In this document: piece after piece, positions 7,528 to 15,884 of the stretch | Position numbering within the stretch: the stretch's first letter is position 1 | Layout: every line of letters begins with the position of its first letter | IMG/VR virus record: IMGVR_UViG_3300022309_000005 | Coordinates: 1-64,000 of that record | Direction: 5' to 3' (one strand) | Length of the DNA: 64,000 nt | Origin: a virus | Taxonomy: Duplodnaviria; Caudoviricetes | Made by a program: the position numbers and the translations under genes | Notes under the pieces: model-generated | Told to the model about the DNA's origin: nothing | Seen by the model: the letters and a program-made list of their open reading frames with translations, nothing else | Database searches by the model: none

Positions 7528-8157
7528 ATGGCGGACTGTCGAGAGTGCGCGAAGTGCTTCGGAGTGGTGGAGGGCGTAGAGATTCAGTGCGCCACTTCGA
7601 TCTGTCGCGTCCCGTGGAGTCGCTCGAGAGGCATGGGCTGCGACGACTTCGAGCCCAAGCCCGCCCCCGCCTCCCCGCCAGCGAGCGCGGACCGGGATGG
7701 GACGGACCTGCTGGAGGCGGCGAAGGCCATCCGCCAGTACGTACACGGCAACTACACCTGGGACTCGACCTACTCCAGGGCGTTCGATGCGTTCAAGCGC
7801 GCCATCTCCTCCGAGGAGGCCCGGAGGGCGCGGCCGGCCAGCGACCCGAGGGACGCGCTCCTGCGGCAGTGCGCGACGGACTTCGCGCGGGTGCGCGACT
7901 ACGCCCCGGTCCTGGACCGGACGCCCGTTGACAACTCGGGCTGCGAAGACTGCGCGAGAGCTCGTGAGCACACATGGCCGCCGAGCCGCCTTTGCGAGAC
8001 GCACTACAGCAAGGCGGCCCAGCAGGAGCGGGCGAACGAGCAACTTCTGGCGACCCAGGACTTCCCCATGCGCGAGATCGCCCGAGAGGCGCTTGAGGCC
8101 CTCCGCGCCGCCGGAGTGGAGCCGGCCCACGGTGCGGAGGAAGGGAAAGGCCAATGA
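7528..8157 (+). CDS. Modular Cys-rich hypothetical protein
   Basis: GGAGGAG SD; MADCRECAKC...; shares segments with 43411..44070. Confidence 0.65.
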   Translation: MADCRECAKCFGVVEGVEIQCATSICRVPWSRSRGMGCDDFEPKPAPASPPASADRDGTDLLEAAKAIRQYVHGNYTWDSTYSRAFDAFKRAISSEEARRARPASDPRDALLRQCATDFARVRDYAPVLDRTPVDNSGCEDCARAREHTWPPSRLCETHYSKAAQQERANEQLLATQDFPMREIAREALEALRAAGVEPAHGAEEGKGQ

Positions 8158-8375
8158 GCACGCGACAGAAGATGGTGACGGTCAAGGTGCCGCTCCAATA
8201 CGCCGGAGTCGTGGCGGGCGCTCTGGAGTTCGCCCTTCAGGTAGCGCAGAACGGCTGGCCCGTGGCGCTCGCGAGGGCCGAGGACAGCCTCCGGTGCGTC
8301 GGGGCGATCAGCGACGTGCGCAAGGAACTCATGGCGCACGTTCACGCGGCGCAGGAAGGGAAGGCGAGCCGATGA
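8154..8375 (+). CDS. Hypothetical protein, copy A only
   Basis: ATGA-coupled 73-aa ORF. Confidence 0.55.
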   Translation: MSTRQKMVTVKVPLQYAGVVAGALEFALQVAQNGWPVALARAEDSLRCVGAISDVRKELMAHVHAAQEGKASR

Positions 8376-8653
8376 CGCCCGACGTTGCCGAGGCCCTGTC
8401 CATCATAGAGCGGCTCCGGGAACTGGCTCGCAAGCGCCACCAGAAGGGGCGGCCGGTGCTTGCGCGGCTGCGCCCGACAGGGGCGAGCCTCCTGAAGTGG
8501 ATCCAGTCCGAGCCAGTCCGCATCGCGAGCGCGAAGCTGGCCCGGTACGGCTACGCGGTCTCCTCGAATCGGCGCGAGTGGATCGAGAGCATCGACGGGG
8601 CCATCGTCGAACTGAAGCGCGAGGCAGACATTGCCGCCGAGGCGATCCGATGA
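8372..8653 (+). CDS. Hypothetical protein, copy A only
   Basis: ATGA-coupled 93-aa ORF, MTPDVAEAL... Confidence 0.55.
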   Translation: MTPDVAEALSIIERLRELARKRHQKGRPVLARLRPTGASLLKWIQSEPVRIASAKLARYGYAVSSNRREWIESIDGAIVELKREADIAAEAIR

Positions 8654-8898
8654 CGCCCCCGCCGGACTTGCTGGAGGCGGCGAAGGCCATCCTGCCGCAC
8701 GTGTTCGGCCACTACGCGGGAGATCCGACCTACGCCAGGGCGCGCGATGCGTTCGAGCGCGCCATCGCCCACGAGGAGGGGCTGAGGGCCAACGCGCGGA
8801 TCCGGACGGAGCCGTTCCCGCCGACGAGGACGCACGACGCGGCAGGGACGCTGCGCACAGGGTATCGGCCAGAGCATGAAGACGAAGTGGAGGAGTGA
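8650..8898 (+). CDS. Hypothetical protein
   Basis: MTPPPDLLEAAK...RAIAHEEGLRANARIRT; homologue at 44067..44381. Confidence 0.6.
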   Translation: MTPPPDLLEAAKAILPHVFGHYAGDPTYARARDAFERAIAHEEGLRANARIRTEPFPPTRTHDAAGTLRTGYRPEHEDEVEE

Positions 8899-9167
8899 CG
8901 ATGGGACTGCCGAAGATGCCGCTGGTATTCGAGCCGCACGTTGATGAAGTGGATCTCGTCCTGAACCGAGACGGCTACGAGCTGAAGCGCGAGGAGGTGG
9001 AGGCGCTCAACAAGATGCCCGAGCTGCTACGCGACTTCGCGCGGCACGTCCTGGAGCGGCCGAAGCGCCAGGAGCAGGGCGACGTCATGCCGCAGACGTT
9101 CGAGTCCTGGGCGGCAGATCTGATCGTGCTCGCGAAGGACGCCCGCGAGCTGCTGGGGGAGGAGTGA
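8895..9167 (+). CDS. Hypothetical protein
   Basis: Coupled ORF with GGAGGAG SD. Confidence 0.55.
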   Translation: MTMGLPKMPLVFEPHVDEVDLVLNRDGYELKREEVEALNKMPELLRDFARHVLERPKRQEQGDVMPQTFESWAADLIVLAKDARELLGEE

Positions 9168-9168
9168 C

Positions 9169-9381
9169 ATGCTGCGGAGCCAAGTGAAGATCTCGGCGAT
9201 GCTCGTGGGCATCGAGGAGTACGAGAACGGCGCGCATCCGTTCACAACCGCCGTCGAAGTTCGTCCGGGCGAAACCGTCGAGGATCTGGCGTGGCGGCTG
9301 CTCACCATTAGCGACATGCGGCACCCGTTGCTTGCGCACGCGCTCGAGATTCGGCTCGTCATGCCGGCCGAGGAGGAGTGA
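9169..9381 (+). CDS. Hypothetical protein
   Basis: 70 aa, SD upstream. Confidence 0.55.
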   Translation: MLRSQVKISAMLVGIEEYENGAHPFTTAVEVRPGETVEDLAWRLLTISDMRHPLLAHALEIRLVMPAEEE

Positions 9382-9382
9382 C

Positions 9383-9715
9383 ATGGACGAGTTCAAGGAC
9401 GCATCGCCCCCGCCGTGGACGGTGGACGAAGACGGCGCCATGCTCGACGCCAACGGCGAGCAGGTGGGCCATATCATGCCCAAGAGGCGAGCGCGTGACG
9501 CGGCACTCGTCTCGCGGGCGGTGAACGCCTTCGGGCCGATGCGCGAGGCGCTGGCCGAACTCGAGGAGGCGGTGTCCACCGGGGCGGCGCCGTTCAAGCC
9601 GGAATACGCGCTCGAATGGATGATCCGCGAAGGCGGCGAGGCGACCGTAAAACCGGAGTTGCTGCTCAAGTGCGTCCGCGCCCTCCGCGCGGCCAATGGG
9701 GAGGGCGAGCGATGA
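9383..9715 (+). CDS. Hypothetical phage protein ('PPPW...ALVSRAVN' type)
   Basis: SD GAGGAG; ends RALRAANGEGER, like 44384..44989 and 45287..45574. Confidence 0.55.
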   Translation: MDEFKDASPPPWTVDEDGAMLDANGEQVGHIMPKRRARDAALVSRAVNAFGPMREALAELEEAVSTGAAPFKPEYALEWMIREGGEATVKPELLLKCVRALRAANGEGER

Positions 9716-10197
9716 TCGAGCTGATCAATGGACTGTTCGCGGTCTACCTGAAGGAGTACCCGGACGAGGGCTCGGCGCTCATCGAGGCCGAAGACAGCGA
9801 CGAGGCAATCGGGCTTGCGTGCGAGCGTGACGACGAATACGGACACGGCGGCCCATGGGTCGGCGAACGGGCCGAGGCCCTGACCGCCGAGGCGATGACG
9901 CCGGAGGCGATGGTCGTTCGGGTCGCGGACGGAGAGGCGGACCCGGCCGGCACCATCGAGGGGCAGTGGCTCGCCAACGTCGCGTGCGGGCAGGCGATGG
10001 AGATCGAGCGGTTGCGCGCCGCACTGGCCGCTGCCGAGAAGAGAGCAGGAGAGTGCCGCGCCGGTTGGGCGTCCGCCGTCGAGGCGTTGTGGTGGTGCAG
10101 TGGCGCCCCGGAGTTCCAGGTTGGCGGCCGGGCGCGCAAGGGCTGGGAGTCGGAGGTAGAGCCGGCCCTCATGCTGTGGGCGGAGCGGAAGCCATGA
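9712..10197 (+). CDS. Hypothetical protein
   Basis: VYLKEYPDEGSALIEA...GTIEGQWLANVACGQAMEIERLR, shared with 45571..46032. Confidence 0.65.
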   Translation: MIELINGLFAVYLKEYPDEGSALIEAEDSDEAIGLACERDDEYGHGGPWVGERAEALTAEAMTPEAMVVRVADGEADPAGTIEGQWLANVACGQAMEIERLRAALAAAEKRAGECRAGWASAVEALWWCSGAPEFQVGGRARKGWESEVEPALMLWAERKP

Positions 10198-10973
10198 CGA
10201 CGCCACGACGCCCGACCGACGAGGAGTTCGAGACGCTCGCCGCTGCCCACGACGGCACCCAGGGATGCCAGGACATGGAGGCCGAGGCCCGCCGCGCCCG
10301 CTCCGGGGAGGAGCAGGCCGGGCGGGATAGAGACGACCTCGCGCGCGCCAACGCGAGCCTGGCCCGAGAGCGAGACCTGGCCATCGAGGCGCACTACAAC
10401 GCGACGGCGAAGCGTGACGCCATCCGCCAGCGCGTGATCGACCTGTTCGACGGCGGATTCACGACGCGGCGGCCGGAAGCGCAGGCGGCCGCCGACGCAC
10501 TCCGGGAACTGGTCGGACTGTCGGACGCCGGACCCGTCGCCGGAATGGCGCGACATGCCGAGGTCAGGGCGAGGGAACGCGCCGAGTCTGAGCGGGACGA
10601 AGCTCGGGCCTGGGCCGCGAAGGTCGAGGCGGCCTTCGGCGACGCACAGCGCGAGCTGAGCACCATCCTCGCCCGCGGCCCGGACGAGAAGCTCGACGAC
10701 GCGGCCCGGCGAGTGGTTGCGGAGTGCGACGCCCTGCGCGCCGAGGTGGAGCGGCTCAAGGCCGAGTTGCACGCCGCCCGGATGGCAGAGGAGCGCCAGT
10801 CAGCGGCGCGAGCGGTCGCGGAGCGTGAGCGCGAAGATCTGCCACGGATCAAAGCGATTCTCGTCGAGACACGGACACAGCGGGACGGGGCGCTGGAGCA
10901 CGTCGCGAAGCTGGAGGCGCAGATCGACCGGATGCGGCAGCGCATCCAGGAACTGGAGGAGCATCATGGGTGA
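10194..10973 (+). CDS. Coiled-coil hypothetical protein
   Basis: Ends QRDGALEHVAKLEAQIDRMR, as does 46029..46763. Confidence 0.65.
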   Translation: MTTPRRPTDEEFETLAAAHDGTQGCQDMEAEARRARSGEEQAGRDRDDLARANASLARERDLAIEAHYNATAKRDAIRQRVIDLFDGGFTTRRPEAQAAADALRELVGLSDAGPVAGMARHAEVRARERAESERDEARAWAAKVEAAFGDAQRELSTILARGPDEKLDDAARRVVAECDALRAEVERLKAELHAARMAEERQSAARAVAEREREDLPRIKAILVETRTQRDGALEHVAKLEAQIDRMRQRIQELEEHHG

Positions 10974-11319
10974 AGATCGGATGACGTGGGAGGAGTTCGA
11001 GCGGCGCGTGGTGACGGCAGTCGTGGCGGCGCTGGCGCTGCGGGGCAAGATCCCGGGGCAGGAGTTGAGGGACGAGTTCGAGGCGCTTCTCGGCTACAGC
11101 GAGGGCAGCAGGGTCCTGGCCGCCCTGGACAAGCCGCCGCGGTTCTGCTCCGACTGCGGGAAGCCGCACACGCGGGCGCTCCAGACGCAGTGCTGGGACT
11201 GCGAGGAGGCGCGCGCGAAGAAGGCGCGGGAAGAGCGGGAGGCGGAGATCCGCGCCGACGAGCGAGCGAAGGTGGAGGCGGAGATCCGCGAGAAGATGGC
11301 GAAGGGAGGGGAGTTCTGA
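10966..11319 (+). CDS. Hypothetical protein with CxxC...CxxC
   Basis: FCSDCGKPH...QCWDC; homologue at 46756..47106. Confidence 0.6.
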   Translation: MGEDRMTWEEFERRVVTAVVAALALRGKIPGQELRDEFEALLGYSEGSRVLAALDKPPRFCSDCGKPHTRALQTQCWDCEEARAKKAREEREAEIRADERAKVEAEIREKMAKGGEF

Positions 11320-11969
11320 TGGGCGCGCCCTTGACCGCGGATCTTCCGGACGAGTTGGCGGACGATCTCGCCGCTGTCGATGGCGTTGCGGCGTTGCCGA
11401 ATCGTCCGCCGTGGCAGCCCCGGACGCTTGCCGACGTGGACTGGCTCCTCGAGCGGATGGGCCAGCTCGACGCCGAAGCGGCGGAGAATCAGACCGTGGC
11501 GGACGCGGCGACGCAGCGAATCCTCGAGCGCCTGGACCGGGCCAACGGGCGGCTCAAGAGGCAACGGGACTACCTGGAGAGCCTCGCTGCGGCGTACGCG
11601 CGGGAGCACCGGAAGGAGATCATCCCGGGCAAGAAGAAGTCGCGCGAGCTGCCCAACGGCGAGCTGTGCTGGAGGAAGACGGGCGGGCGGCTGGTACTGA
11701 ACCAGGACGATCTGGTTTCGCTCGCCCCCGGCGAAGAAGCGCCGAAGAGCGCGACGGCGCAGCTCCTGGAGTGGGCGAAGGCTCGCCGCTGCACGCATCC
11801 CGAACTCGTGCGCGTGAAGGAAGAGCCGGCCCTGGCTGAGATCCAGAGGTACTGCGCGGCGCTGGATCCGGCCCCCATCCCGCCCGGGATGCACTGGGAA
11901 GACGAGGATCCGTACGGCAGGCTCGAGGTGAAGCCGGCTGGGAGCGCGCTCGCGAAGGTGACGAAGTAG
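11319..11969 (+). CDS. Mu Gam-like host-nuclease inhibitor
   Basis: 'LADVDWLLERMG...YLESLAAAYAREHR...KKKSRELPNGELCWRKT' Gam-type pattern. Confidence 0.7.
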   Translation: MGAPLTADLPDELADDLAAVDGVAALPNRPPWQPRTLADVDWLLERMGQLDAEAAENQTVADAATQRILERLDRANGRLKRQRDYLESLAAAYAREHRKEIIPGKKKSRELPNGELCWRKTGGRLVLNQDDLVSLAPGEEAPKSATAQLLEWAKARRCTHPELVRVKEEPALAEIQRYCAALDPAPIPPGMHWEDEDPYGRLEVKPAGSALAKVTK

Positions 11970-11998
11970 ACAACGACGCAACGACACGGAGACGATGC

Positions 11999-12946
11999 AT
12001 GGCTTTCACGAAGGCAACAAAGAGGAAGGCGAAGCTCAAAATCGCGCTGAAGGGCGCGGCGGGGACGGGGAAGACGTTCTCGGCGCTGGTGATCGCCCGG
12101 GTGCTGGGCGGCAAGACGGCGCTCGCGGATTCTGAGCACGGACGCGCGCTCTTGTACGCGGATCGCTTCGACTTCGATCACCAGTCCCTCGAGACGTTCT
12201 CGCTCGACACCTACGTTGCGGTCCTGCGCGAGATGGCGGATGGGGGCTACTCGGTTGGCATCCTGGACAGCATCTCCCACGCCTGGGTCGGCAAGGGCGG
12301 CGCGCTCGAGGAGGTGGACCGGAGAACGGGAGCCCACGAGAGCAAGTTCAGCAGCGGATGGAAGGCCGTGACGCCGAAGCAGAACAACTTCGTGGACGCT
12401 ATGCGCGGCTACCCCGGGCACTTGATCGCCACCATGCGCACCAAGATGGAGTACGTCCTCGAGGAGAACGACCGCGGCAAGAAAGTCCCCAAGAAGGTGG
12501 GGCTCGCCCCGGTGCAGCGCGAGGGGATGGAATACGAGTTCGATTTCATCTTCGATCTGGACGGGGACAAGATCCACGTCACCAAGTCGAGCTTCTCAGC
12601 GCTGGACAACGCTGTCCTGACGCGGGACGAGCTGCCCGGCGCCATCGAGAAGATCAAGGCGTGGCTCGAGGACGGCTCGCCGCCCGCTCCCCCAGCGCCC
12701 AAGACGGTCACCCCGTACGAGAAGCTCGAGCGCCTCATGGCTGCGCGTCCGGACGTGCCTCCGGAGGCGTGGAAAGAGTACCTGAAGCGCGACCGGAAGC
12801 GCGCGGGCCGGCAGGCCGTGACGGAAGAGGACGTGGTCGCGACGCTGGCCGCGTTCCCCCTGCCGCCGCCCCACGACCCGAAGACCGGCGAAGTGTCCGA
12901 GCCTCCCCCTCCAGGGGACGAGCACGCGCCGGGAGGTGGGCAGTGA
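11999..12946 (+). CDS. AAA-family (AAA_24 / Sak4-like) recombination ATPase
   Basis: Walker A GAAGTGKT, 'ILDSISHAW', 'HLIATMRTKMEY'; lies in the recombination cluster. Confidence 0.8.
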   Translation: MAFTKATKRKAKLKIALKGAAGTGKTFSALVIARVLGGKTALADSEHGRALLYADRFDFDHQSLETFSLDTYVAVLREMADGGYSVGILDSISHAWVGKGGALEEVDRRTGAHESKFSSGWKAVTPKQNNFVDAMRGYPGHLIATMRTKMEYVLEENDRGKKVPKKVGLAPVQREGMEYEFDFIFDLDGDKIHVTKSSFSALDNAVLTRDELPGAIEKIKAWLEDGSPPAPPAPKTVTPYEKLERLMAARPDVPPEAWKEYLKRDRKRAGRQAVTEEDVVATLAAFPLPPPHDPKTGEVSEPPPPGDEHAPGGGQ

Positions 12947-13305
12947 GCGCCCCCAAGCCGTCCTTCACCACGGATCTCCAACAGGCCATCGAGGCTTCGC
13001 TCCTGTCCCTGGTCCGCAAGGGCGACTGGCTCGTACTCGACTACCAGCGGCGCGTCCAGGTCCCGGTCGAGCGCCTTCGGGAGATCTACGAGGCCATCGA
13101 CTTCGAGCGCGTCAAGGCGCTGTGCATCGAGCGAGCAGAGGAACGAATCGCCGACGCCTACATGAACGCGATGGCGACGGAGATCGCCACGGACGTGAAG
13201 CACATCCTCAGCAACCGCGAGCTGCGCGAAGACCTGCGCTCCATCATCCGCGCCAAGATCAAGGCAGCGGCGGCGGCAGTCACGAAGGACGGAGGTGCAG
13301 CTTGA
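12943..13305 (+). CDS. Hypothetical protein, copy A only
   Basis: GTGA-coupled, 120 aa. Confidence 0.55.
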   Translation: MSAPKPSFTTDLQQAIEASLLSLVRKGDWLVLDYQRRVQVPVERLREIYEAIDFERVKALCIERAEERIADAYMNAMATEIATDVKHILSNRELREDLRSIIRAKIKAAAAAVTKDGGAA

Positions 13306-13574
13306 GCGGGTTGAGAGACAAGCCGGCGTATCCCGGCATCGAGACCATCCAGGGCGAGGTGTCAACCATGCATTTCGGCACGCCCGGGATGACGTACCGG
13401 GAGGCGGCGGCGCTCCACATCATGGCGGGGTTCGCCAGCGACCCGGACTGGACCAATCGCAGAACGTCACAGGCCACCAACGCCAGCGCGCTGGCCGTCG
13501 AGTGGGCGGACGCGCTGATCTCCGCGCTCGAAGCCCCGGACGCGACCACGCCGAAGGAGGCCCCCACGCCTTGA
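13302..13574 (+). CDS. Conserved small phage protein ('PAYP...GMTYREAAA' type)
   Basis: TTG start after GGAGGT; homologue at 49096..49362. Confidence 0.6.
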   Translation: MSGLRDKPAYPGIETIQGEVSTMHFGTPGMTYREAAALHIMAGFASDPDWTNRRTSQATNASALAVEWADALISALEAPDATTPKEAPTP

Positions 13575-13783
13575 CCTTGGGCTGCATTCCGCGGCCCCGC
13601 GCCACTGGCCAGTATCCCCCGGCTGCCCGGTGGCGTGTCTTTCGCGCGGCGAGTCGGCGACCCCAACCGGCTCGCATGATGGCAGGGACCACACCGGAAC
13701 CCCGGCCATCATCACCGCTCGGCCGGACCTGTCCCTTCTCCGCTCCTCGGGGCAGGCCGGCCGGCGGGGGCGCCATCGGGTGA
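13571..13783 (+). CDS. Small TTG-start ORF ending the right arm
   Basis: AAGGAGG SD, TTGA overlap; GQYPxAARWRVFRAA shared with 49652..49840. Confidence 0.4.
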   Translation: MTLGCIPRPRATGQYPPAARWRVFRAASRRPQPARMMAGTTPEPRPSSPLGRTCPFSAPRGRPAGGGAIG

Positions 13784-13785
13784 GG

Positions 13786-13995
13786 TTGATGGGCGAGCGG
13801 TGGGCGTGGTAGGGTGCTGGCGTTTCCTCGCTGAGCGGCGCGCAGTAGGCGCGCGGGACGAGCGAATCCTCCCGCCGTCGCACCGCTTGGGCTGACTGGC
13901 TGCGGCGAACAGCCAGACACGTCGGCCCCGGTCATCCCTCGCGGGACAGCCGGGGCCGAGTAGTCTGTGGGAGGTGGCGTCCAGGCCGGCCCCGT
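13786..13995 (+). ncRNA. Putative promoter plus ~180-nt structured non-coding RNA
   Basis: TTGATG-N18-TAGGGT, then hairpins ctggctg/cagccag, tcggccccgg/ccggggccga and gcggga/tcccgc; nearly identical at 49837..50040. Confidence 0.45.
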
Positions 13996-14007
13996 CGAGC
14001 ACCCTGG

Positions 14008-14116
14008 CCGGCGCGATGTGAAAGTCGCGCCGGAGGGGATCCCCGGGCCAGCGTCCAGGGGTAGCGGATCAGCCGGTGGCGAGGACGGCGGCCCGGGGCC
14101 GAGAGGCTCCGGGCCG
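14008..14116. terminator. Hairpins between convergent operons
   Basis: ccggcgcga/tcgcgccgg (14008-14033); cggcccggggcc-GAGA-ggctccgggccg (14089-14116). Confidence 0.45.
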
Positions 14117-14137
14117 TGGTGTCTGCGCCAGCGCGTT

Positions 14138-14713
14138 CTACCACTCCCCGGACAGCGACAACTGAGGGATCGGCGCGAGCGGCCTGGCGGGGCGAATGAG
14201 CGCGGCGGCCCCGAGGAACAGCGGACCCCAGACCCGGCGCTCGACATGCCCGCCAACCACGAGCGCCCCGGCCGGTGACGCCAGCGACAGCGTCCCCAGG
14301 TCCGTCCCGACGAGTACCCCAACCCGCCAGTCCGGTCGGACGGTGACGATGCGCTCGACGGTCCTGACGGCCTCCACCTTGGCCTTGGCCTTGCTCTCCG
14401 CCTTCAGCTCGACGGTCACCGGCTCGCGCACCTCCTCCCGCACCGTCTCGACGAGCGGCCGGTCTGGGCATGGCGAGCCCGGGGGCGCCGGGAGCTCGCG
14501 CGTCACCGTCCGGATGCGGACAGGCCCCTCGACGCGCTTCACCACCTCGCGGTCCTGGTACTCAATCCGCTCCTGGACATCCACGATGACCCGCTCTTCG
14601 ACGCGCACCGGGGCCGTCCACCGTCCGCCGACGAACGCCAGCGCGCCCACCGCCACCACCACGAGCGCGCACGCCAGCCGCGCGCGGAGCGCCTCGAGGA
14701 ACCGAACCATCAC
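14138..14713 (-). CDS. Putative spanin-like lysis accessory protein
   Basis: N-terminal transmembrane segment; immediately downstream of the endolysin; homologue at 50453..51025. Confidence 0.5.
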   Translation of the reverse strand: MMVRFLEALRARLACALVVVAVGALAFVGGRWTAPVRVEERVIVDVQERIEYQDREVVKRVEGPVRIRTVTRELPAPPGSPCPDRPLVETVREEVREPVTVELKAESKAKAKVEAVRTVERIVTVRPDWRVGVLVGTDLGTLSLASPAGALVVGGHVERRVWGPLFLGAAALIRPARPLAPIPQLSLSGEW

Positions 14714-15249
14714 GCCACCTCGGGCGGAGCGATGGGCTCGAAGTCGCGCGGCTCCGGCGACGGCGCGCCGAAGCCCACCTCGACCCGCCCGGGGTCGTCA
14801 CCCAGGAAGAGCGCCCGCTCCAGCGCCCGCCGCCGAACGAGTCCGCGCAACTCCCGAAGCTCTCCGGTCCTGCGGTCCCGGGCCTTGGTCCACTTCAGGA
14901 ACTCGTCGGCCGCGGCCTGTGTGTTGCCAGCGCGGACGTGCGCGAGCAATTTGGACTTGCGCAGGTTCTCCAGGCCGATGTTGTAGACCAAGCTCACGAG
15001 CGCCCCGAACTGGTTGGGCGTGACGCTGGCGCCCTGGAGCGCGGCCTCGACGCCGGCCCCGAAGTCCGCGAGCCGCTCGAGGAGACGGTCGTACGCCTCG
15101 GCCTCAGTGATGCGCATGCCGCGCCGCACGTGCGGCCCGGTGTCGCCGTAGCCGATGGTCCACACTTTCGCTGGGCATAGGTACGCCTCGGCCTGGAAGG
15201 TCTCCTCTCTACGGATCAGCGCGATGGCTTCTTGGCAGGTCTCCATCAC
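14710..15249 (-). CDS. Endolysin, GH24 lysozyme family
   Basis: IRREETFQAEAYLCPAKVWTIGYGDTG...NQFGALVSLVYNIG...RRALERALF. Confidence 0.9.
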   Translation of the reverse strand: MMETCQEAIALIRREETFQAEAYLCPAKVWTIGYGDTGPHVRRGMRITEAEAYDRLLERLADFGAGVEAALQGASVTPNQFGALVSLVYNIGLENLRKSKLLAHVRAGNTQAAADEFLKWTKARDRRTGELRELRGLVRRRALERALFLGDDPGRVEVGFGAPSPEPRDFEPIAPPEVA

Positions 15250-15512
15250 TGCACCTCGGGTGTTGCGCGTTGGCCATTCATCCTATGCAACCCGTCGAGC
15301 CAGACGGTGAGCGGTCGGGCTCCGGCGCATACGACGCACGCCAGACGCTCGGGCTCCCCGGGCTCGCACTTGCCGTGCCTAGCGCACAGATAGGCGGTCA
15401 CCGATGCCAGCGCCAGTACGAAGCCGGCCTGCACCTTCGTCTTGCGCGCCATCTTCCACGCCCACGAAGCGAAGCCCGTCTTTCTCCTTCGTCGCTTCGT
15501 GGCCTCGGCCAT
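15246..15512 (-). CDS. Membrane protein of the lysis cassette (holin candidate)
   Basis: Basic N-terminus and one hydrophobic helix; directly upstream of the endolysin. Confidence 0.45.
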   Translation of the reverse strand: MAEATKRRRRKTGFASWAWKMARKTKVQAGFVLALASVTAYLCARHGKCEPGEPERLACVVCAGARPLTVWLDGLHRMNGQRATPEVQ

Positions 15513-15515
15513 GCC

Positions 15516-15692
15516 CTACCGCCGATCCATGAGCACAGCCGGAGCAACCGACGGCCCGCCTACGCGCGCATGAGACGCGATTGCTCGTGCGCTGGTCTCG
15601 TAGAGCACCGCCGTCGCGAGCACGAACACGACGACAAAGAGCGCCGCCAGAGCGACGCAGCGCGCGCAGATGCTCAGGGCGGGGCGAATCAT
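15516..15692 (-). CDS. Small membrane protein
   Basis: CVALAALFVVVFVLATAVLY; homologue at 51835..52011. Confidence 0.5.
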   Translation of the reverse strand: MIRPALSICARCVALAALFVVVFVLATAVLYETSARAIASHARVGGPSVAPAVLMDRR

Positions 15693-15883
15693 CGGCCGCC
15701 GCTCGCCGTGCCCGTGGTCTGGATGTCCGGGCGCTTGGGGAAGATCGGCATACGCTTGTCCTTCTCTTCGCTCTGCTGCTCGGTGCAGTCCCTCGAGCCC
15801 TTGCACTGGACGGTCACGCACGCCAGGAGCGAAAGGGACAGCATGAGGACGGACAGCGAAAGTGCCATGAGAACTTGTCGCAT
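15689..15883 (-). CDS. Putative lipoprotein
   Basis: Signal peptide with lipobox LLA-C; homologue at 52008..52202. Confidence 0.55.
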   Translation of the reverse strand: MRQVLMALSLSVLMLSLSLLACVTVQCKGSRDCTEQQSEEKDKRMPIFPKRPDIQTTGTASGGR

Positions 15884-15884
15884 G

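Noticed and set aside
13816-13900. HDV-like ribozyme suggested by TCCTCGCT (HDV L3-like) and GCGAAT
   Set aside because: P3 would need GTT/GAG with a mismatch, no P1/P1.1 pairing fits, and the GCGAA is changed to GTTAA in copy B.
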